DNA of 58,186 bases, filler included, from Dugesia japonica (lineage: Eukaryota), in the NCBI GenBank assembly GCA_001938525.1. It is 5 parts of 5 records of this genome, joined end to end, with 100 filler letters (N's around TTAATTAATTAA, not from the genome) between each part and the next. Parts side by side here need not be neighbours in the genome. Positions count along the whole stretch, not along the records: positions 1 to 16,132 come from MQRL01580403.1; 4 more parts are not named here. The stretch is one strand, 5' to 3'. Shown in pieces: positions 1 through 13,230 of the stretch (positions are counted from its first letter, which is position 1; each line of letters starts with the position of its first letter). The notes beneath the pieces were generated by a model that searched no databases, was not told the DNA's origin, and saw nothing but the letters and a program-made list of their open reading frames with translations. The position numbers were made by a program, and so were the translations under genes.

Positions 1-171
1 TGGTTATTCAAAAGATCGAGAAAATGAAAACTGAGCAGGAAAGATCCACATTTCATGGATAAGATTTTCAAATTATTATCAGTGCAGCTAAATTCATACT
101 AGAGATAATATTTCTACTAATATAATTATAATAAAGGACTTCTATGGCCATATTAATTACAATAATATGTC

Positions 172-173
<2 letters not shown>

Positions 174-214
<41 letters not shown>

Positions 215-235
215 AATAATAATAAGAAACACTGG
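174..235. repeat. (TTA)n microsatellite followed by inverted (TAA)n
   Basis: About 15 TTA units switch to TAA units; this explains the poly-N tail of ORF 170..415. Confidence 0.95.
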
Positions 236-1738
236 TCCAGTCACTAATATCATACGATTTTTCTGATTTTCCAAGTGCTGATTCACTTGGAAAACCAGAC
301 AGTAAGAACAAGGACATTCACTTGACGACACGAATTTAGAATTGTCAATCATGTACGCATATAAACCAGCTAACCCCTGAACGAGATAAGAGAAAACATC
401 GGAGTAATCAGCCATATAGTGTTAGGGAAAATGCAAGCCAAACACAAGCATACATTCACTACACACATAATAAAAACTTACAAGACTCAGACACTGAAAC
501 CAACCAATATTCGATATTCGAACCTATCAATCAAATAACTCAGAGATCAATACCCAAGAACAATTCCTTAGACATTATTTTATTGACATTTTATTCTGTT
601 GACATTACGTTATTTTAGTTTTATTAACATTTAAATATTAATATTTAGATATCTCAATTCCTATTGGGTGAGATTTTTAATTAATAATTATTTCCTCATA
701 GTAATAAGGCATTCGAAAACAAAAAAGTAACAGTACATGGAAATGTGGAATTAGATGCGAGAATTGGAATAAAAGACAATCAAAAGACATAGTCGGATGG
801 TCATCCGAAAAGGATGGTGCGGAGGAGGAAATTACTTTCTATGAAGACAAATGAGAAGCAGTTTAGTAGAAAGGCGGATGAACTATGTGGAATTAAGAAA
901 CTTCAAAGCCTCATTCGATTCAGTCACCGGGAAAATGATGACGCACTGTTTTTGTAATTTACCAAATTCCAGTTGTGATACAGGAGAATCTATGTTAACA
1001 TACAAAGTAAATCTAAATGAATGTACCCTGGCAAAACTCGCTCACCAACGAATATAGTTTAACTAATATAATAATTGCAAATTTCATGGACAGTATAGCA
1101 TGTTTAGTGCATGCATTTGTAATGCAATTAGTAGGTATTATATTTTTTCAATTAAATTGTATGTCTTATATAATATTATNAACATATGCCGCATAATTAA
1201 ATATTTTAGTGCCGAGTATCACAATTTTTCTTGTTGAAAACACGTTACACATATCAGATTGTATTTCGTAAGACGCAATCCAGTAAATAATTACGGTTCA
1301 AACAAGCATTTTTTAATTTTTTATAGTTTATACAAATTAATTATTTGTTCCAATAATACATTTAAAATTGCATCATGAATAAAATATTTCAGTTTTGTTT
1401 TCATCAGTGGAAGAGCTCAAATTTAGTAACACTGGACACTCATAATTAAAAACTTCCTATAAATTGTCTAAAGGATTAATATCGAAAAACTTTTCGTTCA
1501 CGCTGGAAGGGTGTATCGTGGGAGAACACTTATAATGATAACAGTTATAATTATAATTAAATAATATTTCTGATTTTTAACATTAGAATAGGAATCAAAA
1601 ACTGATTAATAAATTGTCTCAGAGCCACTATCGAAAAACCCCCGAGAAAAATTTCGTTTGGATTTTATGTCAACATCAGTTGAAAAATTTTAAAAGTGAT
1701 ATTGAACTTTATTGAACAAAATATTTGTGAGCGGGAAA

Positions 1739-1955
1739 TTTGAAATTTTGTTTTAATTTCAGTGAGAAATTTAAATTTAAATGTTTTCGCAAGAAATTAT
1801 TTATTTGTTTTAATTACATGAATAATTTTAACAGGTAATTTGAATTATTGTTTTAATTTCAGTGAGAAATTTAAATTCAAATGTTTTCGCGGGAAATTAT
1901 TTATTTGTTTTAATTACATGAATAATTTTTACAGGTATTTTGAATTATTGTTTTA
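1739..1955. repeat. Tandem duplication, 100-bp period, about 2 copies
   Basis: agtgagaaatttaaatt...atgttttcgc...gaaattatttatttgttttaattacatgaataatttt occurs at 1761 and 1861. Confidence 0.9.
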
Positions 1956-2149
1956 TTGCATTTATAATATATTAATTTCAAGTTTATAATTTTAATTTTT
2001 AATTAATTTTATATAGGTTAAATTTATGATAGAAAATTTTTAAGTCAATAAATTAAATATTTATAAATTTTAACTCAAAAGATTTAAGAATTTAAAAGTT
2101 TATAAATTTTTAGTTTACTTTAAGCAATTCTAAGTTGACAATGAAATTT

Positions 2150-2610
2150 TTAGAATCTCGGTTTTTGTGCGCGAAGATGCAAAGTATTAATCTTCGGAAT
2201 CCATGTCATCGAATATTATCTTTTATTATTTCCCATATCATCGGAAGAAGATAAAGAACTAAAAGTCACCAGGTGCTCTAAAAATAGGCACCAATGGAGT
2301 GGACGGAATCTGTAGAAAAAATCTAAAAATCATGTCATGTACAAATGAAAAGCGAAGAAATTAGATTTAAAAATAATCACCAGTTAGAATCGAGCACTGG
2401 TGCAAAACAGAAGGTTATATAAACCCAAGTGAAAAATTGAAACTTAACTTACAAAAAATTTCGATTTCTTGGATAAATAACCCTGTGAGACAGATATTAA
2501 CGGTAAACAAGGTAAACCGTATATTTGAAAACTTAGCAATTTATCGATTATAGGCACGAGAAGTATAAAAAGGTACAGCAACACCTTGTGGACATTGATT
2601 CAGACGAAGT
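2150..2610 (+). mobile_element. Degenerate DNA transposon remnant related to 53.5-54.2 kb (possibly Merlin/ISXO2-like)
   Basis: Shares gctc(t/c)aaaaataggcaccaat (2274 vs about 53680) and a downstream gtgaaaaa..aaaact block with the 53.5-54.2 kb element. Family assignment is weak. Confidence 0.3.
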
Positions 2611-4900
2611 CATTTCAATCGAACTACGAAAATCCATATAGGAAACGCAATCCCAGTAGTTATATGAGCATCGACATCGTCCTGTTCAATTACTCTTGTC
2701 TTTGAGCATATTACATAGTTGTCTAATGGCTTTTCTAATACTTGTTTGTTTTTAATAGCACACAATAGCTCTCCCACCATATCGTTTTGCAAGGTGACCT
2801 GACACACGGTGCTATTTTTTCGACTGATTCTTTGAATTCTTTATTTGTTTTGTTTATCATAATTATAAAATAGTCTGGCTTCGTTTGCTCTCTCATTTCA
2901 CTTTTGTATTCCCATATCATCGGCTGCCATTCCTCTCTGATAATTGGGTTTAGATATTTATATTCCAATAGTTCCATTACGTGATTCAATAATTTCCAAT
3001 AAGCCTTTCTGTTGATCCTTCCTTTGAATCCTTGTATCAGATCGAGTTTACTTTCTACATGTCGTTTTACCGATGCTTGTTCACTCTTTTCGATCTTTAC
3101 TTCTGTGTCATTGACTGCTCGCATAATATTCACTCGACCTTGATTGTTATTATTGTGGTTTGACGCTCTCTCGTTCAATCTCATCTGCGCAACCCGCTGC
3201 TCCTCGCATTGTAGCCTTAAATACTCTTGTTCTTGTTTGAGTTTATCATATACTCGTTGTTCGGTTGATTCATGTTTGTGCACTTCTTGTCGCATCATGT
3301 TAATTCGCTGTTGACTATGCTTCTTATTATTCTGTAATTGCTGTCGTAAGCTATTATTTTGTTGTATCATGTTTTCGATTGCTTGATTATTTGATGTTAT
3401 TGAAGCCTTGGCTATTATTTCCATACCCATGTCCTCTCGTATTCCTGAAGCAATTTCTACTCGTATGACCTGGTTTGTTACAAGTATAACATACTATTGG
3501 TTTCGATGTATAACATTGATCTGCTATATGGCCTGTTCTCTGGCATAATCTACAACTTAATGGCACTGAACGACATTCTCTGGCTATATGTCCATATTTC
3601 CCACAATTAAAGCAGTTTTGATTAATCGCTGATTGCCAATCCTTTTGTCTATTGCCACCTCCTTCTCTTGAGTTATTCAGTTGTCTTCTGTTGTCTGGAC
3701 GATTCTGTCACGGAGTCAATGATTTTAACAAGCGTTGCGTATTTGTTGGTATGAAATTCGTTATCTTCGGAATCTTCTTCTCTTCTGAGTCTTGCTCCTC
3801 AATTTTAAAGATGCTAGCTTGCTTCTGTGCAGTTTCTACTTTTTGTGATACTCCGGCTAAGTTTATTGCTTGTTCCACCGTTTCTGGTTGCATTAAATTA
3901 ACCAACTTTCGTACTTCTGAGTTTCTAAGACCTTCAATAAATATTCCAAGAATTACTTTATCTTGCAACTCTTCTCCGAGGGCTAGTTTTCCGAGTCTCC
4001 ACAATTCTATTGCATAAGCTTGTAAAGATTCATCTTTCATCCGTCGTCTGGCTGTAAAATCTTGGACTTCCTGTCCTTGTAATGTCAATGGTTTGAAGTT
4101 GTCTTATAAGATCTTATAAGCATACTTCCATGTTTTTACTCCATCTTCGAATAGTTTTGCTTTGTTCCAGTATATCGTTTTCAGCGATCCTTTTAAACAT
4201 AATGGTAATCGCTCTATTGCTCTCTCCTCACTCCATCTGCATGCCTTTCTATGTTTTTTGTGCACGGCTATGAAACTCTCTAATTTCTCCGGGTTGCCCG
4301 AATAATGTTATTTATTGAACTCTGTTTTCCATTCTGATTCATGTTTAACTTTAGTTCCACTTAGGCTGTCGTCTTCAGGTTTCTCAATAAAACTAATCGT
4401 TGTGTCTTGGTTATCCGTTTCGTTTCCTGACATAATTGATTCGTCACTAGATTCTGAACCGTTACTGTTACACGTGTTTAATTTACTTTATGGTCTATAG
4501 ATTGTTTCCACGCTGGTATCTCCTGATCTCACTGTTGTCGTAGGGCTTGTCCGTCCTGAATTCGATGGGCTCAACGATATTGTACTGTAATTGTATTTCG
4601 AATCGCCGATTGGATTTGAATCTTGTTCACTAGTTTCATATGTTGCTGTTAAATTATCTTGTTGGAGTTGATGGAGTTTCTGGTTCTGTTATGAATGATT
4701 GATTGAATGGTTTCCTAATTTGTGGATTGAACGATGCTGTTCTTCCTTTCATTGACGAATGTGGTGTAACACTTGAATAGGATTTCTTGTCTTTTGTCGA
4801 ATTCGTAGAGTGTATCTGTCTGCTGAATTCGCAATGGTGAATTAGCTGATTGAGTTCTCGATCGTTTAATTTATTAAATAACCTGAAAATATGATGGCAC
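2610..4900 (-). mobile_element. Ty3/Gypsy-type LTR retrotransposon gag pseudogene with three CCHC zinc knuckles
   Basis: Capsid-like motifs RLPLCLKG and RRMKDESLQAYAIELWRLGKLA...FIEGLRNSEVRK...PETVEQAI. Knuckles CFNCGKYGHIAREC, CRLCQRTGHIADQC and CYTCNKPGHTSRNC at about 3449-3615. Several frameshifts and stops. Confidence 0.8.
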
Positions 4901-4974
4901 CCCGGCTTCTAAACTCCAAATCACTTCTTTATTCATTTATCATTAGTTCTTATTAGCAGTTTGTTTAATGTTAA

Positions 4975-5590
4975 TACACATAAGCTTTATTATTATTTAT
5001 TATTCATTTACTTTTTATTATTTATTATCATATTACGCAATTTATTAATTTATTAATCCCTATAATTTGCTAGTTCACACAGTTTACATTATTGCAAACT
5101 TTTAATTCGTACCCTATTTCTCTTCAATAAAATTAAATTTTCATATTTTACGGTTTTTATTTTTAAGTAACTTTACATTAAAATTTTAACTAACATTGTC
5201 ACTTANCGAATAGAATATGGAAATATCCGAATTTTAATAAACTATACTATAATATTTTAAACTGTAAAATTTTATTTTTTGGTAAACTATCACGGTTTCG
5301 AAAATATAAGAATATTTTATACTATTAAAATTCAAATTTAATAAATTAATTTATTTTTCTATTTAAAAGCCAATTTGTTTTACTAGACTATTTTAATCGA
5401 ACACCTCCGAGTTATGATTAAACTGCTTTGAAATACGCGGTTTATTTATAATAACACGTAAGCTTTAATATATATTTTTATTCTTAATACTATTATTATT
5501 ATTTATTATCATATTACGCAATTTATTAATTCCTATACTTTGCTAGTTCACACAGATCACATTATTGCACACTTTTAATTCGTCCTTATA
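4975..5590. repeat. Diverged direct repeat of about 135 bp (4975-5112 and 5455-5585) in the putative 5' leader of the gag element
   Basis: taagcttta...tttattatcatattacgcaatttattaatt...ttgctagttcacacag...cattattgca.acttttaattcgt is present twice. Confidence 0.8.
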
Positions 5591-8544
5591 TATATCACAT
5601 TGCACACATTATCATTGTACGCACAATTTATCTGCCCATCTATTACACACGCGTTTAATTCCTTAAGTTCAACCCGCCATTTGACTTTCATTTATACTCG
5701 ATTTAATTTCTCTTTACTCGTTATACCTTATTTTGTTTTTTCTCTATACTTATCCCATCGTTACTTCACATTAGTACACATTAGTATCTTTATTCCACAA
5801 TTTCTACAATCTTTCCTGATTGCTGCATTTTTTTATTTCTCGTTTCTCTTCTCACGGTGTTTATTATTTCGATTTTATTCCTCGATTTTTCCAATATCCT
5901 ATATCATGAGTTCATACTTAACTATAATTATTTTGTAAATTTCGTCATTATTACGGTAAAATCTCCTTTGACATTATTCCATTAATCTATTTACAATCGG
6001 TAGTTTATTTCGATTCAGCTCCGATTATCGCTTCTATATTTCAATATTTCTAAGTAACCGATAGTCTATTATTTCAGCTTCGGTTATAGGTTCTCATTAT
6101 CTTTAAATCGCCAGTTTCCAATTTCCTATTATAAAGAACCACCTCGCAGTTATTATTGAAATACGTGGAAATACGTAAAGTTATTTTTATTATTTATTTG
6201 TTATTATTTTTTAGAAAGATTTTTCAATCGTATATTATTTGTAAATTATTTTGAAAGCAATTCACTTTTTTTATACGGCTATTGTGGAGAGCTTATCAAT
6301 TCTTTAGCACACGGAGGAAAGAAAATATTTGTAGATAGTAAATTTTGTTATTATTTGAATCCCATAGTGATATAATCCAACTGAAGCTTGAAGACGTCGA
6401 TCGAATTTGGAAGAAGAGTAAAAGGAATCGCATGAAGAGGAAGAGGAGCTGGAGATTCTGATAGAGTTGATGGGTTTGAGTGCCATACAGCCACTTTATG
6501 TAAAAACTGATGAGTGAAAAAAATAAACCTTATTGTGTGTTCAATCACGAGCTTTTTATTCTTAATCTGCCTTAGACTGAATTGTGATATGTACGTCACA
6601 ACTAATATCTGTCGAACGATTTAAACATTTTACTTATGAATTTATTATAGGACTTACCAGTAAATTGATTGCATGATATACCAAATCATTCTCCCCAGTG
6701 TTAACCAGTGTTTTAATATTTTACTGATTGAATACTTAATGATATATCATTTAATTTTCGATTAATTCACAACCGTTTTAGTGAGCAAACTACCAGAAGA
6801 GCAGATATCAAAGAAAGATATGCTGTTATTGCAAAAACCATTGAATGAACATAAAAGAGAGTTGGGAATGATATGCTCCGACTGAAAGGTGTAAACACAA
6901 ATTCTAAGATAAAAATAGGACAGCTGAAAGAGTAAGAACTCGCTTTTCAACAGGCCAATAGACTGATGACGACTTCATTAAAATCTTGGCAAGAAAAATT
7001 CGCAAAAAACGTAAATGGTTGTCCATTAACATCAGTCGAGAGTAAGACGTGATAAAAAATTGGACTAAGGAAAGAGAGGGTAATGTCACATAGGTAGCAG
7101 AAACGCTTGTAGATTTTAGGTATGGCCCTAGATAGATGAAGTAATGGGGAAATGTGAAAGAGAAATAATGTGAAGCAATCAAATTAAATTAAAAACTTCA
7201 AAGTCTAGAATTCCAACATGTTACGTTGCGGTATTTTTTAAATATAGTATTTTGATTGATTGATTAGTAAGCAAGTACACACAGAAATTTTGTTATAAGC
7301 ATTTAGATTTCTAGGGCTTCCCACAATCTATTTTAAAAACGAAAAATGTACTTTTTAATTAAAATTAAGTTTTTATTTATTACTTTAATAATTAATATTC
7401 TTTAGAAAACTAATGCTGCTCTTAATAATCCAAGAACCATTTGAAGTAAATTAAATATTTATGATGATTATTTGCGTCGTTTGTGGTGAGATAACTAAGT
7501 GAAGTGATGTTTTCTTAAATGATTAACAAATCAAGACTTGTCATTGAAGATAATTTGTGGATCAAATGACAAAAATCCATAAAGAATGCTATATTGTACA
7601 AAACAAAGCAAAAACAAATATAACGTAAGTTAAATAATAATTATCATTAGTATAGAAAGTAAACATGAATATTACTTTCTCTGATAATTTATTTAAATTT
7701 AAAGATTTTAAATACTTGTTTGGTCAGTAATTTACTATAAAACCTAAGAACGGATCCCCGATTACAAATTTTTCGGGAAACTCCGAATCGGAAACAATAA
7801 AGACTTAGAAAGTCATACCTGAACAATAATTTTTGGATCATAACTCATTTAATTTATGTTGGGAAAACACACATGCACGCATGTACAACATACATAACAA
7901 GACACAATATATTCGAATCAATCAAATCCGAACCAAATCGATCCAACTACGATCAACCGAACCAAATCAATTCAAGCATAATCCGATCCTACTCAAACTA
8001 TATGATTTAATCCAATACTTGACATTTTATTTTTTGCCAATTACTATTATGTTAATTCATAATATTATATTGTAAATAAGTTAATTTTATTTTATTATAA
8101 ACGACTTTTTATATTTCATTGTATTTTATAAGTGATTTTTATTTAAGAAATCAATTTTCATTTTAATGTGTCAACAATCTCTGAATCAATTCTCATTTCA
8201 ATCCACAATCTGTTATATATCGAGTATTTATTGTGGAATTGTGTAAAAAAAGGAATTATTTTTGTATTAAGGTATAAGATTTTTGTATATTTTGTTAAAT
8301 TTCTGTAGATTTATAAATATATGTCCAAAAACACTATAAATACATTAAAATTTTAGTGTAAATTAACCCTTTTTAATCTCGTAACAAGATTTTTACCTTC
8401 TATAGTTAAACAATCTAGAGAAAAACTCTTTATAAGCATATTTGTAAAATTTAATTGCTATTTCAAATAAAATCTTTAAACGTAATATTCATTTGAATTT
8501 ATATAGAATTCTCTATATACTATATTTATAAATATTATTGTATC

Positions 8545-8850
8545 TATATTAAACATATTAAGGCTATAAGGTACATTATATTACTTCATATATCGGATTG
8601 TTATAACCAATGAATTTATCTTTAAAACTCACGCACTAGTTGATTTATTTTGGCAACAATCCCCAAATTATCTCAACACTTATACTCATTATCGATTACT
8701 TATTCGATAATGTTCCTGAATTCTTGTACAGTGATGGTAGAAATTGTCTCTAATGTATATGAAATTACACCCATTACATTCAGACTTATAAATAATATCA
8801 GAATACACTGTGAACAAATTTTTTTAAACTTAAAACTGAAACATGTTCAA
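8545..8850 (-). mobile_element. Penelope-like retroelement remnant (GIY-YIG endonuclease)
   Basis: Minus strand 8703-8808 reads VYSDIIYKSECNGCNFIYIRDNFYHHCTRIQEHYR, matching the PLE pattern SxVVYKxxCxxCxxxYIGxTxRxLxxRxxEH. It ends in NVPYSLNMF. Confidence 0.65.
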
Positions 8851-10381
8851 AAAATTTAAACGTACATTCTATAAAAACATTAAGTGCTTAACTATCAATT
8901 TTTACTTTTAAATCATTATTATTTTAAAAGACATTTATCATTTTATTTTGATCGAAGCTATTTCTATATTTTAATGAAATTTTATCAAATTATTCAAAAG
9001 TTCATTTCCACTATTAGTTCCGATTTTTATGGAGTTGTTGGGTTTCCAAGTTTTTTATGTTTGCTAACATTCTATATTTGTATTCAGTATCCTTCTCTTT
9101 CTGTCATTGTCTCATCTAGAAATAGGCCTAGAAATCACAAGACTTTATGCACTCTAAGTGTAAACTTCCACTTTTACCCGAGTCCAGTGGGTATGTGGTA
9201 ACACGTTTTGGACGATCAAATCTGACATCAATCATTTTGGCTAATCTATGCTTTATTCCACTTTTTTATGTAATAACAGCACTATTTATCCACCAGTTAG
9301 GCCGAATACTTGCACATAAAATGAAGTGACTGGAACGAGATAGAATGAATAATTCGAGCAAGGATATTGATTATTAAACAAGAGAACCTGAAATGATAAA
9401 GTATGAAACGTTATTCGAAAGAAAAGAAAATCCAAAAGGTCAACATCGGAAGCGCGAATGGTTATGAATCAAGAGGAAATGAAATAATAATTCACTAGAT
9501 GTTAATGATTGCGAATGGAGTAACCAAAATTATGAGTGAAATGCCATGGAGCACATATCGAGGAAGAGCTAAGTCGATTTGATAACGAAGACAACGATGT
9601 TAGCTGTGATGCTCATAATCCTAAATTGAAACACTACTAAATAAAGAGTCAGTACGTAAATTATTGAAATGAGTAGTAATTGAAAATCAACCGAAATGAA
9701 GAGTGAAATATGGTTGCCGAGATGATATGAAGAATGAAATAATGAATCGTAAATGAATCCAAAAGTTAAACAAATAAAATCAAGAGTGACAGGGATAATA
9801 ATGAGATTGGTTGCAGTAAAATACACGAATGCAAATGTATAAACAAATTTGGAGTTGGTCAAATTTATAACTTAATTACAAAGGAGTTGTAATATTCGGA
9901 CTTCTGATGATGATCGAGGGTGGCGAGAGTGTTTTGTTCTTCATTTATTTTCTTAAAATGATGATAAAGTAGATTTGTAATTATGAACGTAAAATCAAAT
10001 AGTAATGATAACGATAATTGGTTAATTATAATATATTTTGGTTTAATTATTTTGTTATTTCACGAAAAACATTTTATTTTATCGCATAAACTAATTTCAA
10101 TTTAAAGATTATCTTGTTTATCAAATGCTGAAATTATTAAAAATTATTTTGCACTAAACGATGTGGTTCGTAGTAACATTGAAATATATTTAAATAACTT
10201 TCATTAATGATTGTTTTTTCACTATGAAATAAATGAACTTGCGAATGATTTTGTTCATGTAAATAACTTGTGAATTTATTTCTGAAAACCACTAATAATA
10301 TCTTACTTATTTATCATTTTTTTATATTTTATTGAGAAACGAATGGTTTGATTTATTAGAATTGTTAGAGATCAAATGAAA

Positions 10382-11153
10382 TTAATAATGGAGTTTCCTA
10401 TCGATTTTTAATTTTGAATTCTGGACCTGGACATATCACGGTAAATGTCAATTTATGTTATTATTTTTATTATCTTATTATTTTATGAAGAATGGAGGCA
10501 CGAATATCACGGTAAATGTCAATTTATGTAATTATTTTTATTATCTTATTATTTTATTATTTTACTTAAAATTTAAATGTATTTTAATATCATTTTCAAA
10601 ATAATAGAATCCTCTTTAAATCCAACTAAACAATAATAATAATATATTATTAATAATATTTATTTCAAAACAAAATTATAACCAAATGAATATTATATTA
10701 AAGAAGAGAGTCTTTAAAGAAAGTAAATGAGTGCGTTGATTTAAAAAGGATAAGTAATTAAAAGTAATCAAAATTTTGATATTTCAAGATTTTTTAATTT
10801 TCTAATTTCTAAACGATTTTTGTAAACATCGTTTTCACTGAAGTTGTTTAACATCAAATTATTTTAATTAAAAAATGAAATATTTGCTATAAACTTGTAA
10901 TTTTATCTTATTACTATTCCTAGAGTAAAATTTTAAGTATTTGCTGAAAATTCACGTGAAAACTGTTTTATAAAAATTTTATGATCAATTTTGGAAAGTA
11001 AACAAATAAAAATAAACAATAATATATTTTTTGAAAACATAATTATAACCATATGATAATAACTAAAGATCATCGAGTATTTAAAAGAAAAGACTCTTTT
11101 ATCATTTTATATTATTCATGATAATGATGATTAATAATGGAGTTTCCTATCGA
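10382..11153. repeat. Local mosaic of short direct repeats
   Basis: attaataatggagtttcctatcga occurs at about 10381 and 11130. atatcacggtaaatgtcaatttatgt...ttattatcttattattttat occurs twice about 71 bp apart (10433, 10504). Confidence 0.8.
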
Positions 11154-11508
11154 AAAGGAATTTTTGAAATAGAATATTTATATTTTTTAAAACAAGTTAT
11201 ATATTTTATAGAATGTGAACGTGACATAAAATTTAAAACTATTTTTGTTGATAGAGTTATATAGTTCGAACTATAAGGATGAACATAAAACGAAATTGTC
11301 TAAAATTATGAACGCGACTTAAAATCTGTAAATTATTGATAAGTAGTCGGAAAACAATAAGGGACGAAGCTCTCGCCGAGAACTCTCATATCCTTGCTCG
11401 AAAATATATATTTTAAATTAAATATAATAAGAGTCAACGAATAAAATAATCGGAATTAATGTAATGTGAAATGTGACTAGTTGTATAAATCTATAAAATT
11501 ATTTAGAA

Positions 11509-11979
11509 ATGTCTAGAAAAATATCAAATTCTGAGGATGAATCGCTAAATGGATAGTCCTTTAACATAAGAGATTGGAACACTATGTCTGTACCATACGA
11601 TTCCTGGAGGCACGTTGAAACAGACCGCGATCCTTGGTGGGTCGATCAGGGAAATTTAGATTCAAGAACAGGCCAAGACTATCCAGAAGCTACGACAATA
11701 AATCCTCTATTTGGAAAATGAGCATACTATCACGGTTCAAGATTGAGCGCAACAAAATAGTGCTCTCGCAGAATTACTGTTATTCGGTACAAAGTCTCGA
11801 ATCATGTTAGGAAGGCCCCGATATTCACGGAACTAAGGAGCGTATATGAACTGAACTTTTTGGAACACAATCAGGTGGGCAAACAACTAAACCAAAATAT
11901 TGATCGGATAATGCCGACGGTCGTAGCTCACTTAGAGAATTCGGGAAATGAAGAAATCATAGAAGAAACTGCAGTCTGA
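11509..11979 (+). pseudogene. Orphan ORF of 157 codons with three in-frame stops
   Basis: One frame from ATG 11509 to TGA 11979 (MSRKISNSEDES...DRDPWWVDQG...EEIIEETAV), visibly more GC-rich than the flanks, with tataaa about 25 bp upstream. Confidence 0.4.
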
Positions 11980-12384
11980 CAAATCATTATATATACTGTG
12001 AATATAATTTTGTAATCGATTTTATTTAACTTTATAATTTGTTTGTCATCCAAAATGAAGAAGTAAATAAGGAGTAATGTTGTTATACAATTATAATATT
12101 GATTTTCCGATAATCGAGACTTTTTTTAATAATATAACAAATTAAATTAATGCAATAAAGATGTCGGAAAAAGATGATCTTGCGAAAAAGATTAAGTGTT
12201 AGTCGCCGGAAAGAACTCGCCATCAGCCAAAAATCGAATATTTATGGAGATTATAAAAAATATATATAAATACACTATTTCATTTATAATTAATAAAAAA
12301 TATTCTCAAAGTAGATGGAAAAATTACTAATTCGAAACAANNNNNNNNNNNNNNNNNNNNNNNNNNNNNNNNNNNNNNNNNNNN

Positions 12385-13230
12385 AGAAAATAGCTCGATC
12401 GACAAGGAAAAGCGACTATACGATAACAATTATCTGCAATATGGATTCATTGTGCTTGATAACAACCCTTTACTACCGTTTCACTAGATTTGTTGAAAAA
12501 CTTTAAGCAACGAATCTATAATAAATAAACAAAAGTCAATTCCTGAGGAAGAAAAAGTCGAAAATTAGAACTTTATCAAACACAAAAATAAATTTTGTCA
12601 AAGCTTTATTTTAATGAAATCTTAATGAAGTTAATTTAAGTTTATATGACCCTCAAGAAATTTTTATAAAAATCTCTGACAAATTGAAGGCATTTAAAGG
12701 AAAGCTTTACTTATAAAATTTAAGGTCAACAAGTCAAATTTCGTATATTTTCCGATGATCACCCTAAATCCTTCAAAATCATAAATCAAGCAAGAAATCT
12801 AAAAAACTTTGAAGACATTGTCAACATCTTTTGTCAAGTACTTTCCCAATCTAGATTATTCCGATATAGAATGGGTAGTCAACCCTTTTACGGACAATAA
12901 AGTTAGAAATCTTGAACTGGAAGAGACAAAAAATCTAATTTCTTAAAAAAACAATTTGGTTTTCAAAAAAACAATTGCTGAAAAAGAGCTTTCTGAGTTC
13001 TGATTGTGTTCAAATAGTAAACTTTCTCGACTTAGTAGCAAGGCAATAGAATTATTGTTGCAATTTCAAAGCTCTAATATTTGTAAGCATAGATTTTAAT
13101 CACTTACGAAAATAAAATCAAAGAAACGAGGCTTAAAGTGATCGACCATGAAATGCGTATCTATCTGTCAAAAATTGAACCTTGCATCAATCTTATTTGC
13201 TCAAAAAAGCAATCATATAGGACGTAATTA
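12385..13230 (+). mobile_element. Internally deleted hAT transposon, Buster/Charlie (ZBED5/SCAND3-like) transposase remnant
   Basis: KRLYDNNYLQYGF, LSNESI, LNEVNLSL, DKLKAFKGKL, EWVVNPF, KAIELLLQF, LTKIKSKKR and EMRIYLSKIEPCINLICSKKQ in broken frames. Confidence 0.85.

Noticed and set aside
170-415. 81-aa ORF with a poly-Asn tail
   Set aside because: The tail is the microsatellite; no recognisable domain.
5600-7182. Phe/Ser/Ile-rich ORFs as membrane proteins
   Set aside because: Explained by pyrimidine- and AT-skewed non-coding sequence; no motifs.
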